DNA of 64,000 bases, taken from the NCBI GenBank assembly GCA_040285855.1, contig JAUFOQ010000002.1:1674001-1738000 (forward strand), given 5' to 3'. The position numbers and the translations under genes are program-made. This DNA is from Eukaryota sp. GEM-RC1. Taxonomy: Eukaryota. The notes beneath the pieces were generated by a model. The model did not search any database, was not told where the DNA came from, and saw only the letters and a program-made list of their open reading frames with translations. Positions 1 to 13,870 of this stretch are shown here, in pieces. Positions within the stretch are counted from its first letter, which is position 1; each line of letters starts with the position of its first letter.

Positions 1-418
1 TCTTTGGAAATCTTCGGTTGGGGTTCATTGTCAGAAGGAGCAGTACGTTTACGGGTTTTAGGTTTATCATCTTTTGACTTCTTTAGACGGGTGGATTTAG
101 GTTTAGTTTTAGAAGTAGTTGAGGTTTTCTTCTTTTGGGTTTTGCAGAGGAGAGTTTGGTTTTACTAGACTGTGGTTCAGAGTCAGAATCAAAGTCAAGG
201 TCAGATTGAAGTTCAGTAGCAGGGACTTTAGTAGTTTTAACACGAGTAGAACGTCGACGAGTGACAGTTTCAGATAATTGAGATAAAGGTAAGTCGTCGT
301 CACTAGAGCCATCAACTAAAGACTTTTTGATAGGTTTTTTAGTCCTTGGAGAGGACCTTTGTGCTCTGGCTGCCAGTTGAGTAAGTGTTAGGCCATCATC
401 AGGACTGGAAGAAGACAT
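1..418 (-). CDS. Lys/Ser/Asp-rich N-terminus of an unidentified protein, runs off the window; one frameshift at an A-run near 125
   Basis: ATG at 418 (MSSSSPDD...SDDDLPLSQL); the -1 frame continues TTSKTKPKSTRLKKSKDDKPK to the window edge. Confidence 0.55.
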
Positions 419-439
419 TTTCAACAAATTTTCCTTTGA

Positions 440-1696
440 ATGTTTCTTTATGTTGTTTTTCTCATCTCAATGGTTTCAGCACAGTCATTTTATCTAAATG
501 AACTTAAGACCTATCTTCATCATAATAGCACATTCTCTGACACAATTATGTCTGGGGATATCCAACCGAAAGTTCCTTTAATTTCTACCAACACAACATC
601 TCCACCACCCAAGCCTCAGTTTAATGCTGCCTGTGCAGACTTTGGAGCCAAACTGATCTCATTCGCTCCAGTCAAAACAAAACATCCTCAAAATGTTCTC
701 TCCCGTTCTCAATCCAAGTATCTTACAGCCTCTTGTTCCTCACCAGTGATACTGGACATCGAACTAGCTGAAGAAGTCCTTCTCTCTTCCCTAGAAATCT
801 CTTCCTTTGAATTCTATTCTGGAGCTCCATCTCGAGTTCACATTTTCTCATACAAAACCTCTCCCAACAAAGCTGCTTCACTGCCATTCTCTTTGGAGGA
901 GACAGTCGCTGCTGGTTGGAAGAATCTAGGTAGTTTCAACGTTAGTACTCGCCACAAGAAGTCTGTAATCAACCTTCCTGATCATCAATGGTCTAAATCA
1001 ATCAGAATCGCCGTTTTAGACTGGGAAACCAATCGTAAATTCAAACTTTGCTCAATCACTTCAATCAAAGCCTTTGGTTGCACTCCTCTGGAACGCCTCC
1101 GACAAGAACTCGTAGCCTCCACTCTCTCAGAAGAAGCCCCCTTACAACCCGTAAACCAAGTCTTAATTGATAAGGATTTGGTAGATGCAGCTGTTACTAA
1201 GGACTCAGTTGATGATAAGAACGGATTTGTGAGTATACCAGTAGAGACAGGGGAAGGTCTGTTGTTAGCTTTAAGTAAGAGAGTGAGTGTTTTACAGGAG
1301 AGATATCTTTGGTATAAGAAGAATCTAGAGGTTTGCATGTCTTCCATTGAGGCGCTCAACTCTACAGTAGTGGATTTGGTTGATCAAGAAAACTCATTAT
1401 TATTAAGGTTGAAGAAGGTTGAGAGTACTGTGTTAGCACAAAGACATCACATATCGTTCTTAGCTCAGAAGATTGAGGAGATTGAAAGTGAACGAGTTTT
1501 GAATGAAGAAGTTTCTGATATTAGATTAGTACCTATAGTTGTTGTGTTTGTGTTTTTCTCTGTTTTGTATTTCTTTATTTCTGTAAGTTGTGCAAAGCCA
1601 ATTGATAGACCGGCTCGTTCACCTTCACCAACTGAGACGAAGCTTATAGTACCAGCAAAGGCTCCGATTAGACATATAAGGGCTCGTTCTCGATAG
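440..1696 (+). CDS. Mid-SUN (Slp1/SUCO-like) domain membrane protein
   Basis: Signal peptide; ADFGAKLI..NVL..KYL..C..IELAEEV..LEISSFEFYSGAP SUN motif; coiled coil; C-terminal TM segment. Confidence 0.8.
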   Translation: MFLYVVFLISMVSAQSFYLNELKTYLHHNSTFSDTIMSGDIQPKVPLISTNTTSPPPKPQFNAACADFGAKLISFAPVKTKHPQNVLSRSQSKYLTASCSSPVILDIELAEEVLLSSLEISSFEFYSGAPSRVHIFSYKTSPNKAASLPFSLEETVAAGWKNLGSFNVSTRHKKSVINLPDHQWSKSIRIAVLDWETNRKFKLCSITSIKAFGCTPLERLRQELVASTLSEEAPLQPVNQVLIDKDLVDAAVTKDSVDDKNGFVSIPVETGEGLLLALSKRVSVLQERYLWYKKNLEVCMSSIEALNSTVVDLVDQENSLLLRLKKVESTVLAQRHHISFLAQKIEEIESERVLNEEVSDIRLVPIVVVFVFFSVLYFFISVSCAKPIDRPARSPSPTETKLIVPAKAPIRHIRARSR

Positions 1697-1877
1697 AGTT
1701 GAACCAAGTTGTTGTGTTGAATAAGCGGTACCACTGGGATTGGATGTACTGATATTTATAAGCTTACCACACACAGTATTAGAGTGTGTTGTGCGTGGTC
1801 GGTTAAAGTATGTGTGAGTGTGATTAAAAAGTGTTGGATGTTTATGTGATGAACTATAATACAAGAAAGGTGACTCT

Positions 1878-2144
1878 CTAAAGGGAATTCAGAGTTCGAC
1901 TTGTCAGTGCTGTCTTCGTTAGTAAGTAGTTCCCTGCATTAGCTTCATAAAGCTGTTCGATTTGTTTGCGCGGTATTGATGGGAATTTCTTTGCCAAGAG
2001 AGTGATCTGGCGGAAGTAATATGGTTTTGATGATCCTGAGCAGGATGTTACAGAAGAGCGGGACAACGAAGTCACAGAATGTTGCGGCATTACAGTGTTG
2101 TGACAAAAACCGGGAGACATGTGGAAGGGTAAGGAAGTAGACAT
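1878..2144 (-). CDS. Small protein with a C-terminal CUE-like ubiquitin-binding domain
   Basis: LAKKFPSIPRKQIEQLYEANAGNYLLT fits the CUE FP..I...L..N.G pattern. Confidence 0.45.
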   Translation of the reverse strand: MSTSLPFHMSPGFCHNTVMPQHSVTSLSRSSVTSCSGSSKPYYFRQITLLAKKFPSIPRKQIEQLYEANAGNYLLTKTALTSRTLNSL

Positions 2145-2678
2145 TGAGAGAGCTCAAACTAACCTAATCGGGAATTATTTTGGAAAGTATCTCGACTGAA
2201 TTGACATGTACTACTTTTGGAATTCAGTTTTCGCTATTCGTTAAGTGTCATCTTGGAACCACAAGTTGAGATATAAATCTATTGGTGTGTGACCAATTAA
2301 TACTCGACTTATTTAAAGATTTGCTTGCGTTAGTCTAATTGTGTTAAATTAAAGCAACTTACTCAAAATTGCAATCAACATAAGTGCAATTGCGATGTAA
2401 TACTTATGGACTCATCACAACATATATGTAGTTAATGCTGGTTGTAGTCACCGAATTATCTGGATTCTCTGAAGCCAGTATGTGATGGTATAATAGAAGC
2501 TGTCATTAATGCAGCACAATTGAATCGATTTAGAGATCATGCTAATACTTTGCAAACAAGAAACATTCTTCAGTTGTTTGATATATAAGGATATTTATAA
2601 CTCGAAAATAAATATAACTGATGTGTTCAAGATAACCAGAGTTGACTGTAGAAGTCTTTCCATTAGAATTAGTGTCGG

Positions 2679-4080
2679 TTAACACTTGATTTGGTTGGTA
2701 GGCAGGCTCTCAATGAGTTGCTTGGTTTCTAAGTTAACAGAATTCTCCCAAAAATAAATGTCAGCATTCGAAACATCCCATGTCAAAGCTTTAATCAATG
2801 ACTGGGCACCTTCATCAGCTATAGAATTATACCCGAGTTCAATAACAGCAAGTGTAGAATTCACTTTTAAGGCTTCAGCAAAAGCGATGGCGCCTTCATC
2901 AGCAACAGTGTTATAGCCTAGGTACAGTCTATTAATAACAGAATTTACTTTCAAAGCGTCTGCTAGTGCAATGGCACCATCAGCACCAATAGAGTTATCC
3001 CATAGATTAAGATCAACAACTGAAGAATTCACTTTCAACGCTTCTGCTAAGGCCATAACCCCTCTATCACCTATGCGGTTGAACCCAAGATATATATTTC
3101 TAAGTGTAGAATTGATCTTTAAGGCATGCGACAATGCAATAGCACCTTCAGGTCCAATAGAATTATCACAAAGATTAAGATCAACAATTGAAGAATTCAC
3201 TTTCAAAGCTTCAGACAAGTACTTTGCCCCTTCATCAACAATGGAGTTATAACCTAGATAGATCTCAGCAATTGTGGAATTGACTGTTAATGCTTTTGAG
3301 AGGACCATGACATTCTCAGGACTAATGGAATGGTACCCCAGATCAATCATGGTAATAGTAGAATTCGTGGTTAATGCAGTAGCCAATGAAATAACACTCT
3401 CAGGGTCTAAAAAGTTATAAGATAGTTTAACTCGAGTCAATGTTGAATTATGCTTAAGAGCATCAGCAAACGCCATAGCATTGTCCGCGCTAATACAAAC
3501 ATGTTCAAGATTAATTTGAGTAATTACAGAATTAACTTTCAAAGCTTCAGCGAATCCTAAGAAACTAGATGCATCATCAACTACCACATCAAGCCTTTTA
3601 AGACGAGGGAACAGGATAGGCTACGATACGTTAAGAAGGTTCCAATCAGTCTTGTTTCTCATCCTCATCTTCATACCTGAAATGAAATGAGAATATAGAA
3701 GTACATTCTGCAGTTCAAAGGAAATTCCAAGTATATGAAGACAGATCTGACCTTTGTATTAAAGAACGAAGCGATAGAGAAAAGCAGGGAAGTTTGTTCA
3801 GGGAGAACATGAATAGTATTTGTTGCAAAGAACACATCAATAGCTGTGAAAGAGCATTCAAAAAAACGTTGGCTGACATATCCAACATTCTTAACAAAAG
3901 AAGGGAGTTCTTGTTTCAAACAAAGAAGAGGTTTTTGAGGAAGATCTGCAGAAATGTCTCACCAAATATATATGGATCAACGAGACTATATTCTGTTGTA
4001 AGAAGATTGCCATTGACTGGGTGTAGGGACTATAATATTAGGGATCTACTACTAGTAGCAGTAGTACTAGTCGTAGTCAT
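2679..4080 (-). CDS. RNI-like/NLRC3-like leucine-rich-repeat protein; 5' part (3588-4080) disrupted, possibly a pseudogene
   Basis: About 28-aa repeats ALKVNSS..L.L..NSIG.EGA; ORF 3671-3919 (TNTIHV..LLFSIASFFNTKVRSVFI) matches the N-terminal domain of the paralog at 59585. Confidence 0.75.
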
Positions 4081-4194
4081 TGGTACACTTCTAGATTCCA
4101 CTCCACTCCAAATTTCTACCAGTCGGAGTGCGAACAGAATTTTATGGGCAAGTTGAGTTGGAGTGAGATTTGCTATTTCATTAGCATTCCTAAG

Positions 4195-5878
4195 CATAGT
4201 TGCAAAATACAAAATACAGCATTTTTTTGTATTCTGTATTTTTTCTGTATTATGTATTGTATTTTTTTCTGGAAAAGTGTATTTGTATGTGTATTTTTTG
4301 TATTTTATTATCAGCCCGAAAATCCCTAAAATGATGAAAATGACTGACATACATGAGAGATAGACAGCGAATGATCCTGATCAATTATACAGTCAGGTTC
4401 CTATAATTTCAACCCTATCCGGACCTTGAAATTAGAGGATCCTTGAATTTATAGGATCTCTCTATCTTCTCAACTACTTTCACTCATGATACGCTCTGTA
4501 GTCTCTGTATAACCTAATAAAATACCAATTCTTCATTGTATTGCTTAGTCTTTCACATGGATCGTACTGATTCGATAAGTGTTGAATTCTTATTGATCTT
4601 GTCTTCCGCATCGATGTCAATGATATCCTATTCCGTGGACGTCGTCAACGTAACGTGTAGAGCTGAGTTTTGCATGTTTCAGACCCCGTTTAGCAAGATT
4701 TGCGGAAACGAGTAACCAACAGTACTACCACAACAACGAAGAAGACGTTTGTGTTGTATAGTTATGTATTTTGGGATGTAAGTCAGTGGTGGAATCCACC
4801 AGTTGAAACGCAGGCAAACGCGAAAACACGATTTATGACTTACATAGTAACATCAAACTGATTCTATGAATCATCAGCATAGCTAGAACGTACTTAGATA
4901 GCTATCAGAAGACCAAAGGCTCGAAAACAGGAAATTCCATGCAGACTCATATCAACGTTTCAGCAGATGCACTTAAGTAGTTCTAATGGCAGATAGTAGT
5001 TATAATAGAGAAAAGTTGATGTTAGAGGTATCGGAAGGGTGTAACATTTTGGTAATTTCAACCCCAACATTTTCAAGGTTCCTCTAATTTCAAGGTCCAG
5101 GAACCCGACTGTACCATTGTTACGTACAATTGGGCCATGTATTATTAAAAAACGACTTGGAGAAATACAATCTTCTGATGAATTTTCTAAACGTTCCACT
5201 ACTGTACGTCAACGGATTATCCTAGATGACTAAACAGTGAAACACCGATCAAAGTCAAGTAATAAATATTTAGAAACTCTAAAGAATGAACACTACAAAT
5301 TTGAAAAATACCAAACCATGGGAACTTGTGCACTCTAGTTTCACTACTGACAGTCGGTGGTGATGATTCAAAACCATGATGAGACGAGCTACACGACACT
5401 CAGTTTGATCCTGTTTTGAAGTTGTACGTGTAGTCTTTGTAGACTATGATTTCCAGTTCAATTTTTTGACCTACAAGAAGTATATTAAGACGTTTAACAA
5501 CTAATGTACGAGACAACAAGTGTCCAAAGTCATATTGTATAACTATTCAACTCCACGTCAGTTCTTTCCGCGGACCAAATGAACATTTGAACCCTCGGTG
5601 CATTTCAGAATCGAAAGAACAATTGGGTTGATAAATATAAAGAAGTCTAAGAATGCGTACCGAAGAGGTGAACCATGATAACCCTGAAGATCAATCACGT
5701 TTGCAGTAGTTGGAATCAATACAGTTAGTTTAATACTTGTATTTTAATACAAATAATACACACTTAATACAGTATTTTGTATTGTAATTGTATTCTGTAT
5801 CTGTATTGTATTTTTGTATTCTGTATTTTTGGTATTCTGTATTGTATTATTATTTTGTCCGTGTATTTTGCAACTATG
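4195..5878. mobile_element. Non-autonomous hAT element
   Basis: 16-bp TIR CATAGTTGCAAAATAC; 8-bp TSD TTCCTAAG (4187-4194 / 5879-5886); subterminal (T)GTATT arrays. Confidence 0.92.
4390..5111. mobile_element. Tc1/mariner-pogo-type MITE nested in the hAT element
   Basis: TIR CAGTC(A/G)GGTTCCT with TA on both sides; absent from the sister hAT copy near 42900. Confidence 0.88.
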
Positions 5879-6349
5879 TTCCTAAGTAAGTATTGTACAT
5901 AATTTACAGAAAACGCTTGTATCAAATTTAGAATAATAAAAAAGAAATGGTAAATTGACAACTTATTACACAACTTTAGTAAATACCTAACTTGAGCACG
6001 ACAATTTTTTTGTACACACTCTACACACAGAATCGTTCAGCAAGACCTGTTTAATCTTCTCACCAAATATTGACCACAGTTTTTGAAATCACTTCTGAGA
6101 CTCTTCTTTAGTATCAGCTGCAATTGTCATAAAAAACAAGATACATTGCGATGACACCATCACGGTAGATATCTAACAGTGTTTGTTTTAATGTGAATGG
6201 AAACCCATTGAGTCATCGTTGTCTTTTCGTTGGAAAAATCACACATCTTTTGAGATCTACTGCTCCTTCAATCGCTCTGAACTTCTGTAGATCTTTTAAC
6301 GATGAAATTTTAAGGAAATAAATCTCGCTTTTGCAAATTTCTTAATGGA

Positions 6350-7200
6350 TGTTTGTAATAGCTCTGCTTGCTTCATGTCTGATTACTCAAATCCCTCAAC
6401 TTTACGGTCTTTTTCTTGATGATAACTCTTGGTCATTAAACAATGCGTTTACGGTCATATATTTGGCCTGTTAACCTTCCACATAATTGGAAATGCCAAT
6501 GTGGGCAATCTGTGTAACACCTACACATTTATTGAATTGTAACCGTTTTATTTCTTTAAGAAGTAAGGTTCCTGATTCAGTAAGGGATCAATTATATTGT
6601 ACTAGTAGGTGTAGTTCTTATGGGATAGTTTCCTTTTTGAACCAGTTCTGACTGGTTTGTTTGATGATTCGGATGTTGACAAATCGTTTTGAAATAGCCG
6701 TGGTGATGTCATATTTCCTGGTCTCGATGGATCTTTCATTACTGCTGATGTTACGTCTATCGATGTTTGTAATGATTCCAACAACAAAAATTCTAAATCT
6801 GATACTAAAAAAACCCTGTTGATTGGTGATAAATTTAAAATGGGAATATTGTGCTAAATAGAAATTATTGAATTCAGTTTCACACTCGAATTGCTTGTTG
6901 TACCCTTTTGTATTTTCACTGTACGGTTCTTTAGGTGAATCTGCAACATCATTACTTGAAATATTTATGAAAATTGTAAAAGAAAAACATCTAGGACATT
7001 TGATCTTAGATTTTGGAAAAATCGAATCGAATTTGCTATCTTTAATGGTATGGTGACTACTACATCTAGCGCTTTATTATCTCTTGGTAGACATTATGAG
7101 GACAAGGTAGGTGAGAATTTCCAGCTAGGCAATCTGGACTTTGATGATATTGATTATTAGATGTATGTAAACTGTAGAGTTGTTGTCAATAAAAACTGAT
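6350..7200 (+). mobile_element. Decayed 3' part of an RLE-type (CRE-like) non-LTR retrotransposon
   Basis: MRLRSYIWPVNLPHNWKCQCG zinc-knuckle start, ADVTSIDVC, PFVFSLYGSLG; many stops and frameshifts. Confidence 0.7.
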
Positions 7201-7477
7201 TTTTTAAAAAAAGGTTATAAAAACCCATTTCTAATGATTCTTAATAAGTAAAGTAGTTTTAATTACCAACTCGTTTATATACAATACAATATACAGTGTA
7301 GTTCCGTTTCCATTTCATTTCCATTTCCATATGCTCAAGAAATTCCGTCTATTTTCACTTCCAGATGGAAATGGAAGTGGAAAATGTGGAATTTTATTTC
7401 ACATTCTAGTTGACAAGTCTGAGGATAAGTCTAACATTTCCCAAAACTGTTGTATACTCGTAAACTCACCAAACAAA

Positions 7478-10400
7478 ATGGACATCACTGTACTTCTTCT
7501 TCAACCCACGGCCATTACATCAAAACATTTGCAAACCCATTGTTTAGCTCTGTCACAATCTGAATCTCTTTCCTTCTGTGTTTCATTCTTCTCTAAATTG
7601 ACTGTTTTCTTACCCACTCTTTCTCAATCAAAACAGGTTGATCTACTTACTTCACTCTCACCTTTTGTTTCTTTTTCCGTCTTCAATGATCCCTTAGTAT
7701 ACCCTCATTTCGCTTCCCTTCTTCAACTCAATCCAAGTCTTTTGTCACTTGATTCTATCTTCAAGTGCTTGATTCATGCTGTCCTTACAGATCCTATGTC
7801 AGTCACTTCTCTTCTTGCCATTAATTCTGATGAATTCCTTCAATGTTTTGTTTCATTACTGTTGTGTTCAGAATCACTAGACTGCATAAAACTGTCAATT
7901 TTGTCACAATTTTTAACTCTAAATAACGTCTATACACCGTCATTAACCGATGTTGTCTGCTTGTTGAATTTTGCTTCTTCTCTTGATCCCGACCATTACT
8001 TCTACTTGCAACAAGTTTTAGCTCTGTTTAGTTCTCGTACTGAACACGTGTTGTTTCAATTTATAATCTCTGTCATCCACTTTTCCTTCATGAGTAAATA
8101 TTTTAAAACTGACATCAGTTCTCGAGTATTGAAACAATTGCAATCCAGTGATAGTTCTCAAATTTTTAAATTTTCTAAGTTGACGGTATTTGACACTAGT
8201 GTTTTTGAATCTTTTTGGAACGCTGGAAAATGTATGAAAATTGCGCACATTATGTTTTTAAATAATCATTTATCCAAATCATCTTCATTTTCCGACTATT
8301 TCAATTTTTTAAAAGTGTTTCAAGATGACAATTTTTTACTAATCAACGTGTGTTGTCTTGCCGTGTCGGATCCAATTTCAGCTCACAATCTTTTACAAAA
8401 TGTCAACTTTTCTAACAAATTTCGACATTTAAATCAGCAAATCGTCATTTCTCTTTTCTGCCACTTAGTCGAATTAATTCCAGAATTCATTCTCTCTACT
8501 TTCCCACAGTTCATAACCACTTCCAAGTCATGTTCTTGCATCCTTAAACTTCTGATCCCATTCACTTCCCATCCTGAACTCTGCGTATTTGCTGCTAGAT
8601 TCTTGGGTAGTCTTTCCTTTAGATTTCCTTCAGTTATTCCTGTTAATTTGATTTCACAAATACCAAAGTCAATTAAACTCCGTGATACGCGGGAGTTAAT
8701 GTTGGTGTATATTGACATTGGATTGCAACGACCTAGTTTATTGCCGTTCATGACGTGTTTTTTGGAAGAAGTTTTTAATAATTTCAGTCTGGCGAGCTTT
8801 TTTTGATCAATGTCTTTTAATTAACGGAGTTCGATCTCTATCAAAATTAATTGAGGATGACGTTTTGGACGAAAGAGAGGGGTGGATGAGAACTAAATCA
8901 CTTTTTGATGTGGTGATTACACAAGATTCTTCAAATATTTCTAATTTTGAAAAGTTCTTTGAGGCTTTCTGTGATGCCGTTTGTTTTGTCGCGTATTTGT
9001 GTGTTGAAACCTGTGCTAGTTGTCTCTCATTTCTCTGGAATTCTATTGACTTTCGTGCTGATTTCATACCTCCAAATTTGGCCAAAATATTAAAATCTTC
9101 CGCAACCACAGCCTTGACAAGTATACCACCAAATATACGTAATTTGTTCTTTTCCACTGAAATCGAGGAGCAACTTCCAGACGCTGCAAACCAGTATTAT
9201 TTTGACAAATTCTTATCTCTCCCCAGTATGATTTCCAATCAACTTCTGTTTGAATTCCAAAGACTTCCTTCAAAGTTCTTTTCACCTCAGACGAGTTCTA
9301 TGCCCTCTCTCCCTGGGTGGCTACGAAGCTTCATTGCTTCTGGACAACGAGGATCTTTGGGAAAGGAAATTTTGTTGATGACGTTGGGTTTGGTTGTTGA
9401 CGTTGACAAGATTAAAATTGATAGATTGAATTCTGTTGTTGTTAGTTCAAGTGGTTTGGACGAGTTATTGATGTACTCTATTCAAAGTTATTTCTCGAAA
9501 TATTTTAAAAATGAATTGTGTTCCCATTTTTCAACTGATATTGCGCCATCATCAATTATGGATAGTTTCCGAAGTTTGTGTTTAGATGAACCGAAGCTAA
9601 GAACAGAAGTGTCTGATTTTGATACTTTTGTGCATGATTTCACTGATTCTATTGAAAATGAGTCAAGAATTGGGTTTGTGACGTCATTCATTCAAAACGG
9701 ATCTGATTTTACTAATTCCTCCAAGTATTTGAAATTTCTTCTTGACACATACTCCGATGTAATTCTTGGTTATCCCTTATTTAATACTATCGATGATTTC
9801 TCTTCTGAAATTTTTAAATTTGAGCCTGCCGCTGGTGATTATATTTGTTTCAGTAGCCTATTGCTTATGTCTTTTGACGTTTTTTCAGAATCAATTTGGC
9901 CTACAATATTTGACAAAATTTTAATTTCTGACAATGTAACAAATCCTCAACTCTTCTTGTTAATCACTTCATTGTATCTAATTCAAAATTCTCTCTACAG
10001 CTTCGCCTCTTTACGATTATCTGAAATGTTTACTGCTTTTCTGACTTCATTAGTCGACAGTGGTTCCACAATTTTTAAAAATGTAGATGAATTCTTCTTC
10101 AATAATTTGTTGTCAATTTCTTTAGCTACAGTTGCTTTCCTTTCTAAAATACCTGATTTTAATGTTTTTGTAACAACCTTCCCTTCAAAGTTAATGCAGA
10201 TCTTGATTGAAAATCTGCCACTCAAAGATGAATTGTTATCTTCTTCTATTATATCATGTCTTTCTCTTCTACTGGGAGGGATTGTTCCTGGTTTATATCA
10301 AAAATTTAAATTATTTGAACTTTTTGGCCCAGTGGTTCCAGTGGAGACTTATTTTAAATCTCTTCTTAGACAAGTTACTTCTTTTGATCATTATAACCTC

Positions 10401-11472
10401 TTTTTTCTTTTCTATTGCTCTTAACAATTATCTTTTGTCAGGAGGTTCCACTGTTGCTGATATTGTGCAATTTCCTCCACAATCTTTGTTTTTTAAATTG
10501 TTTGGTAATATTTCAAATGTTATCTCTTTTGATAACGTAGACTCTTTCTTGGAACTGCTATATTCCCTTGATCGTTTGCCTACTATTAAATGGTCTGTGA
10601 TATTGAAAAACATCTACTTCTTTTGTACTTCAGTGGATCAAAAGTTTGAATTATTATCAATTTCAGCCATTAAATTGAGAAATTTCGTCTGTGTGGACAG
10701 GGGACTCATTGCACGTTTTTTCCTGAAACAGATTCACTCTATTTTTAACCACTCCATCAATTCATTTTCTTTTGATCTTTTTGTTTCTTGTGTTGATGTA
10801 TTTCTTTCTCTTAATCAAAAACATTCTGATGTTATAGATAGCTTTCTCTCCCACTTAATATTTCTGGCAAAGGCTTCTCCTTTTAATCTTGGACTTATAC
10901 GTACCTCAAATTTAAATTTTTCCAAACTGTTGAAATTTCCTCAATTTGGTACATCATTAACTCGATTTTTTTCTTCAATGATTTCTGCGTGCTTACCTTC
11001 TGCCACTGACTTGTTGTCACTTTATGATTGCTGTCTAATTTTCTCCAAGATTCTTAAAGTAAATTCCGTAAATTACGACTTATTTGTTGACACAGTTGAT
11101 TCAACGGGATTCTTTTGTCTGTTATCGTGTTGTTTTAATACAATTCCTTCTTCGGTTATTCCAAAGTCGGTGAGAAATATTTTAAATATTCCCTGTCCAG
11201 ATTGTCAATCTTTAATGTGTAATTGTAGTTATATTCAGAAGTTTTTGAAATATTGTGCGTTCAGTTCTTTAAAATCGAACTTGCACGTTCTCGACATTTT
11301 ATCCTTTGTTTTTGAAATTTCTATTGTATTCGATATTTCTGAAAATCGGACTGTATTTTTCCTACAATCTCTCTGCTCGTTTCATCTCTCAAATTTAAAA
11401 TATTTAGATGTTGACGTAGCTACCTCCCCCTCTTCACGTAGTTTTACCTTATCTTCTATCAAAGTGGGATAG
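7478..11472 (+). CDS. Large helical (ARM/HEAT-like) protein, possibly focadhesin/RST1-like; split by two frameshifts at T-runs (~8800, ~10400)
   Basis: Three consecutive long ORFs join by single-base shifts; LDRLPTIKWSVIL resembles the RST1/focadhesin LP..W..I motif (weak). Confidence 0.55.
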
Positions 11473-12407
11473 TACTTCATCATTCACTAAATTTTTATCG
11501 CTTTTACACAAAACACGAAACTCGAATTCTTGTTTAAAACCTCTTGCGTCATTATTTATTGAAAATTAATTTAGTTTTACTTGAAAATTTTCCTTATTGA
11601 AACAATTTGTGTGAGCTACACCAAAAATTGAAGTGTCTGTGGTTTGGCAGATTTTATACAATTTAAATCTTATATTTCCTTCTCTCAGAGTGTAAAGTCA
11701 ATGTAATAGACAACAACCCCATAAATGTTATTATTGTTGTAGACTATATGAGGAAGTTGTCACCTGTCAAAGGCCAACCGTCGTATGTTCTGAAAATTGA
11801 TCTCTAAATCATACTTGTTGATAACAATAACAGTGTGATAACATGTGTTTGTGATAACATGTTATAACAAACATGAATTATCTTGTTATAACATTGGGTC
11901 TTTGTATAATAAGAGTTTACAAAATTAATTACAACAAACAAATGGTTTGCAGAGGTACTGGTATCTCCTTTGTTAACATTGATGATGCTCTTGATTTGTA
12001 TAATTAAATAAAAGTTGTATTTCTACCAATAAATGGTATTTGTGTGTGAATACTTGTTTATTGTCGAAACTGTAGCTTTCAGTTAACCCAATATAATGTT
12101 CCACAACTACTACAATGTAGTAAGGGAGACTGACCACCAAACAAAACAAACAATTTTGCTAATGATGAAAATATTCATTTGCAATCAGTATTGACGGATA
12201 TTCCTTAAAAAAATCACGAAGAACTTAAGGAGAAGACAGAAAGCGAAGGCGCATTTGATGCAGCAGATGGGACTATTTGAAGAGATTGTTGTTGAATAGA
12301 CACTTGATTATAAGTAGACCGTGTGTGCAGAAAACAGGAGGAAACCAGAGTACGAGTTTCAGTCTGTTGGGAAATACACCACCTCCGAAAATCAAATACA
12401 CTAAAAT

Positions 12408-13103
12408 TAGACTTGTCATTTGACGGCAGTCGACGGGGGTCGACGACTGTCTCTCTCTGTCGACGTGACCCGACGCTCTAGAATCAGCCGTCACGTCGAC
12501 GGCAACAATCGTCGACGATGTTGTGACGGGTTGATGACGGATTCCAGCGGATGACTGAATTTCCAACAAATATACCAGACTTTATAAACAACAACTAAAA
12601 CATCAGAACACAAACACTTTCTTAGGTATAACAGAGTAAAAGATTTCAAACCCAAATCTCATCCTCATCTTCATCATCAGACATAACATCGACATAAGCG
12701 AGACTTGCTTTCATATTTACATCAACAACACCTTTCTTTCTCCAAGATTCAAGACATAGTACAGACTGAACACATTCTGGAGAGAGAAGTGTATGTAGGG
12801 TAAAAGACTAAATCAGATTTTGTCTGATTCTCATCCAAAATTTCAGTCACACAGCTAATTAATTTTTATTGTATTCTTTATAAGTAGACGGTATCTGACG
12901 ATCAAATACCAGATGTAAGTTAAATACGGGGATTATCAGTAAGTCCAGGACTAAATTTTTGAGTAGGTGACGGGTCTCGACGGGTTGTTAAAGAATCAAA
13001 GTCGACGTGACCCAACGGAAACATTTTAAGAGGACGTCGACGTGACGCGACGTCGACGAAAGTTGCGACCCGTCATGGCGAATTCCGTCAAATGACAAGT
13101 CTA
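12408..13103. mobile_element. Non-autonomous hAT element (GTCGAC-array family)
   Basis: 19-bp TIR TAGACTTGTCATTTGACGG; TSD ACTAAAAT. Confidence 0.92.
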
Positions 13104-13716
13104 ACTAAAATACACTGTACAGTAAAATACACGAAAATACAACTTCTAACATAATAATATTTTGTTATTTTTATTTGTTGAAATTATAGAATTGCCGCTT
13201 AATATCACCATTCAATGTCAGTTTCGATTAACTCTCAATCCTGAGACATGATTAGATTCTACATCCTGATTTACAAATACCATTGACTGTTTACCAGTTG
13301 CAAAGTGCATCTGGAACTTTCATCATATCCAATTTACTGTCTTTGATTGCGTATTGTGATCATGTCTCAATTACAAAAACAATCCCAAATAATTAGTCCA
13401 TCTGTTTGACGACCAAATCAAAGGTACTGAACAAAAACAATTGTGGTTCGCAGAAAATGACTTGTTATATTAGATAATGAGGATATACCATCTTTGGAGG
13501 CGTCCTTCTCCAGAGTTCGTGAGAGGGGGGAAAGAAAGGGTCTGATGTAAATGCAAACGTCATGACAACACAGACTGGAAGCTCACAGCAGAAATGGGGT
13601 TGTAAATAGGAAGGTAAGAATGTTGTGCTTTTTAAGTAGATTCATAGCTAAAAAGGGTTGATTAGTTATTCTAATTATTGAACCTTGCATAATTCGAGGC
13701 CTATGACCGCTTGAAT

Positions 13717-13870
13717 CAGGGATACCGGAAAATATATTGTATTGCAATAAATTGCAATATATTGCAATATATATTTATTGTTCCAAGGTCTTTGTACCAA
13801 TATATTTATTGCAATTATGAGAATGTTGCAATATATTCCAATATATTGCAATATATTGCAATACTCATGT
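13717..13870. mobile_element. Solo left end of the TTGCAATA-array hAT family
   Basis: CAGGGATA..GAAAATATATTG start resembles the element at 39094; tandem ATTGCAAT motifs; no right end found. Confidence 0.6.
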
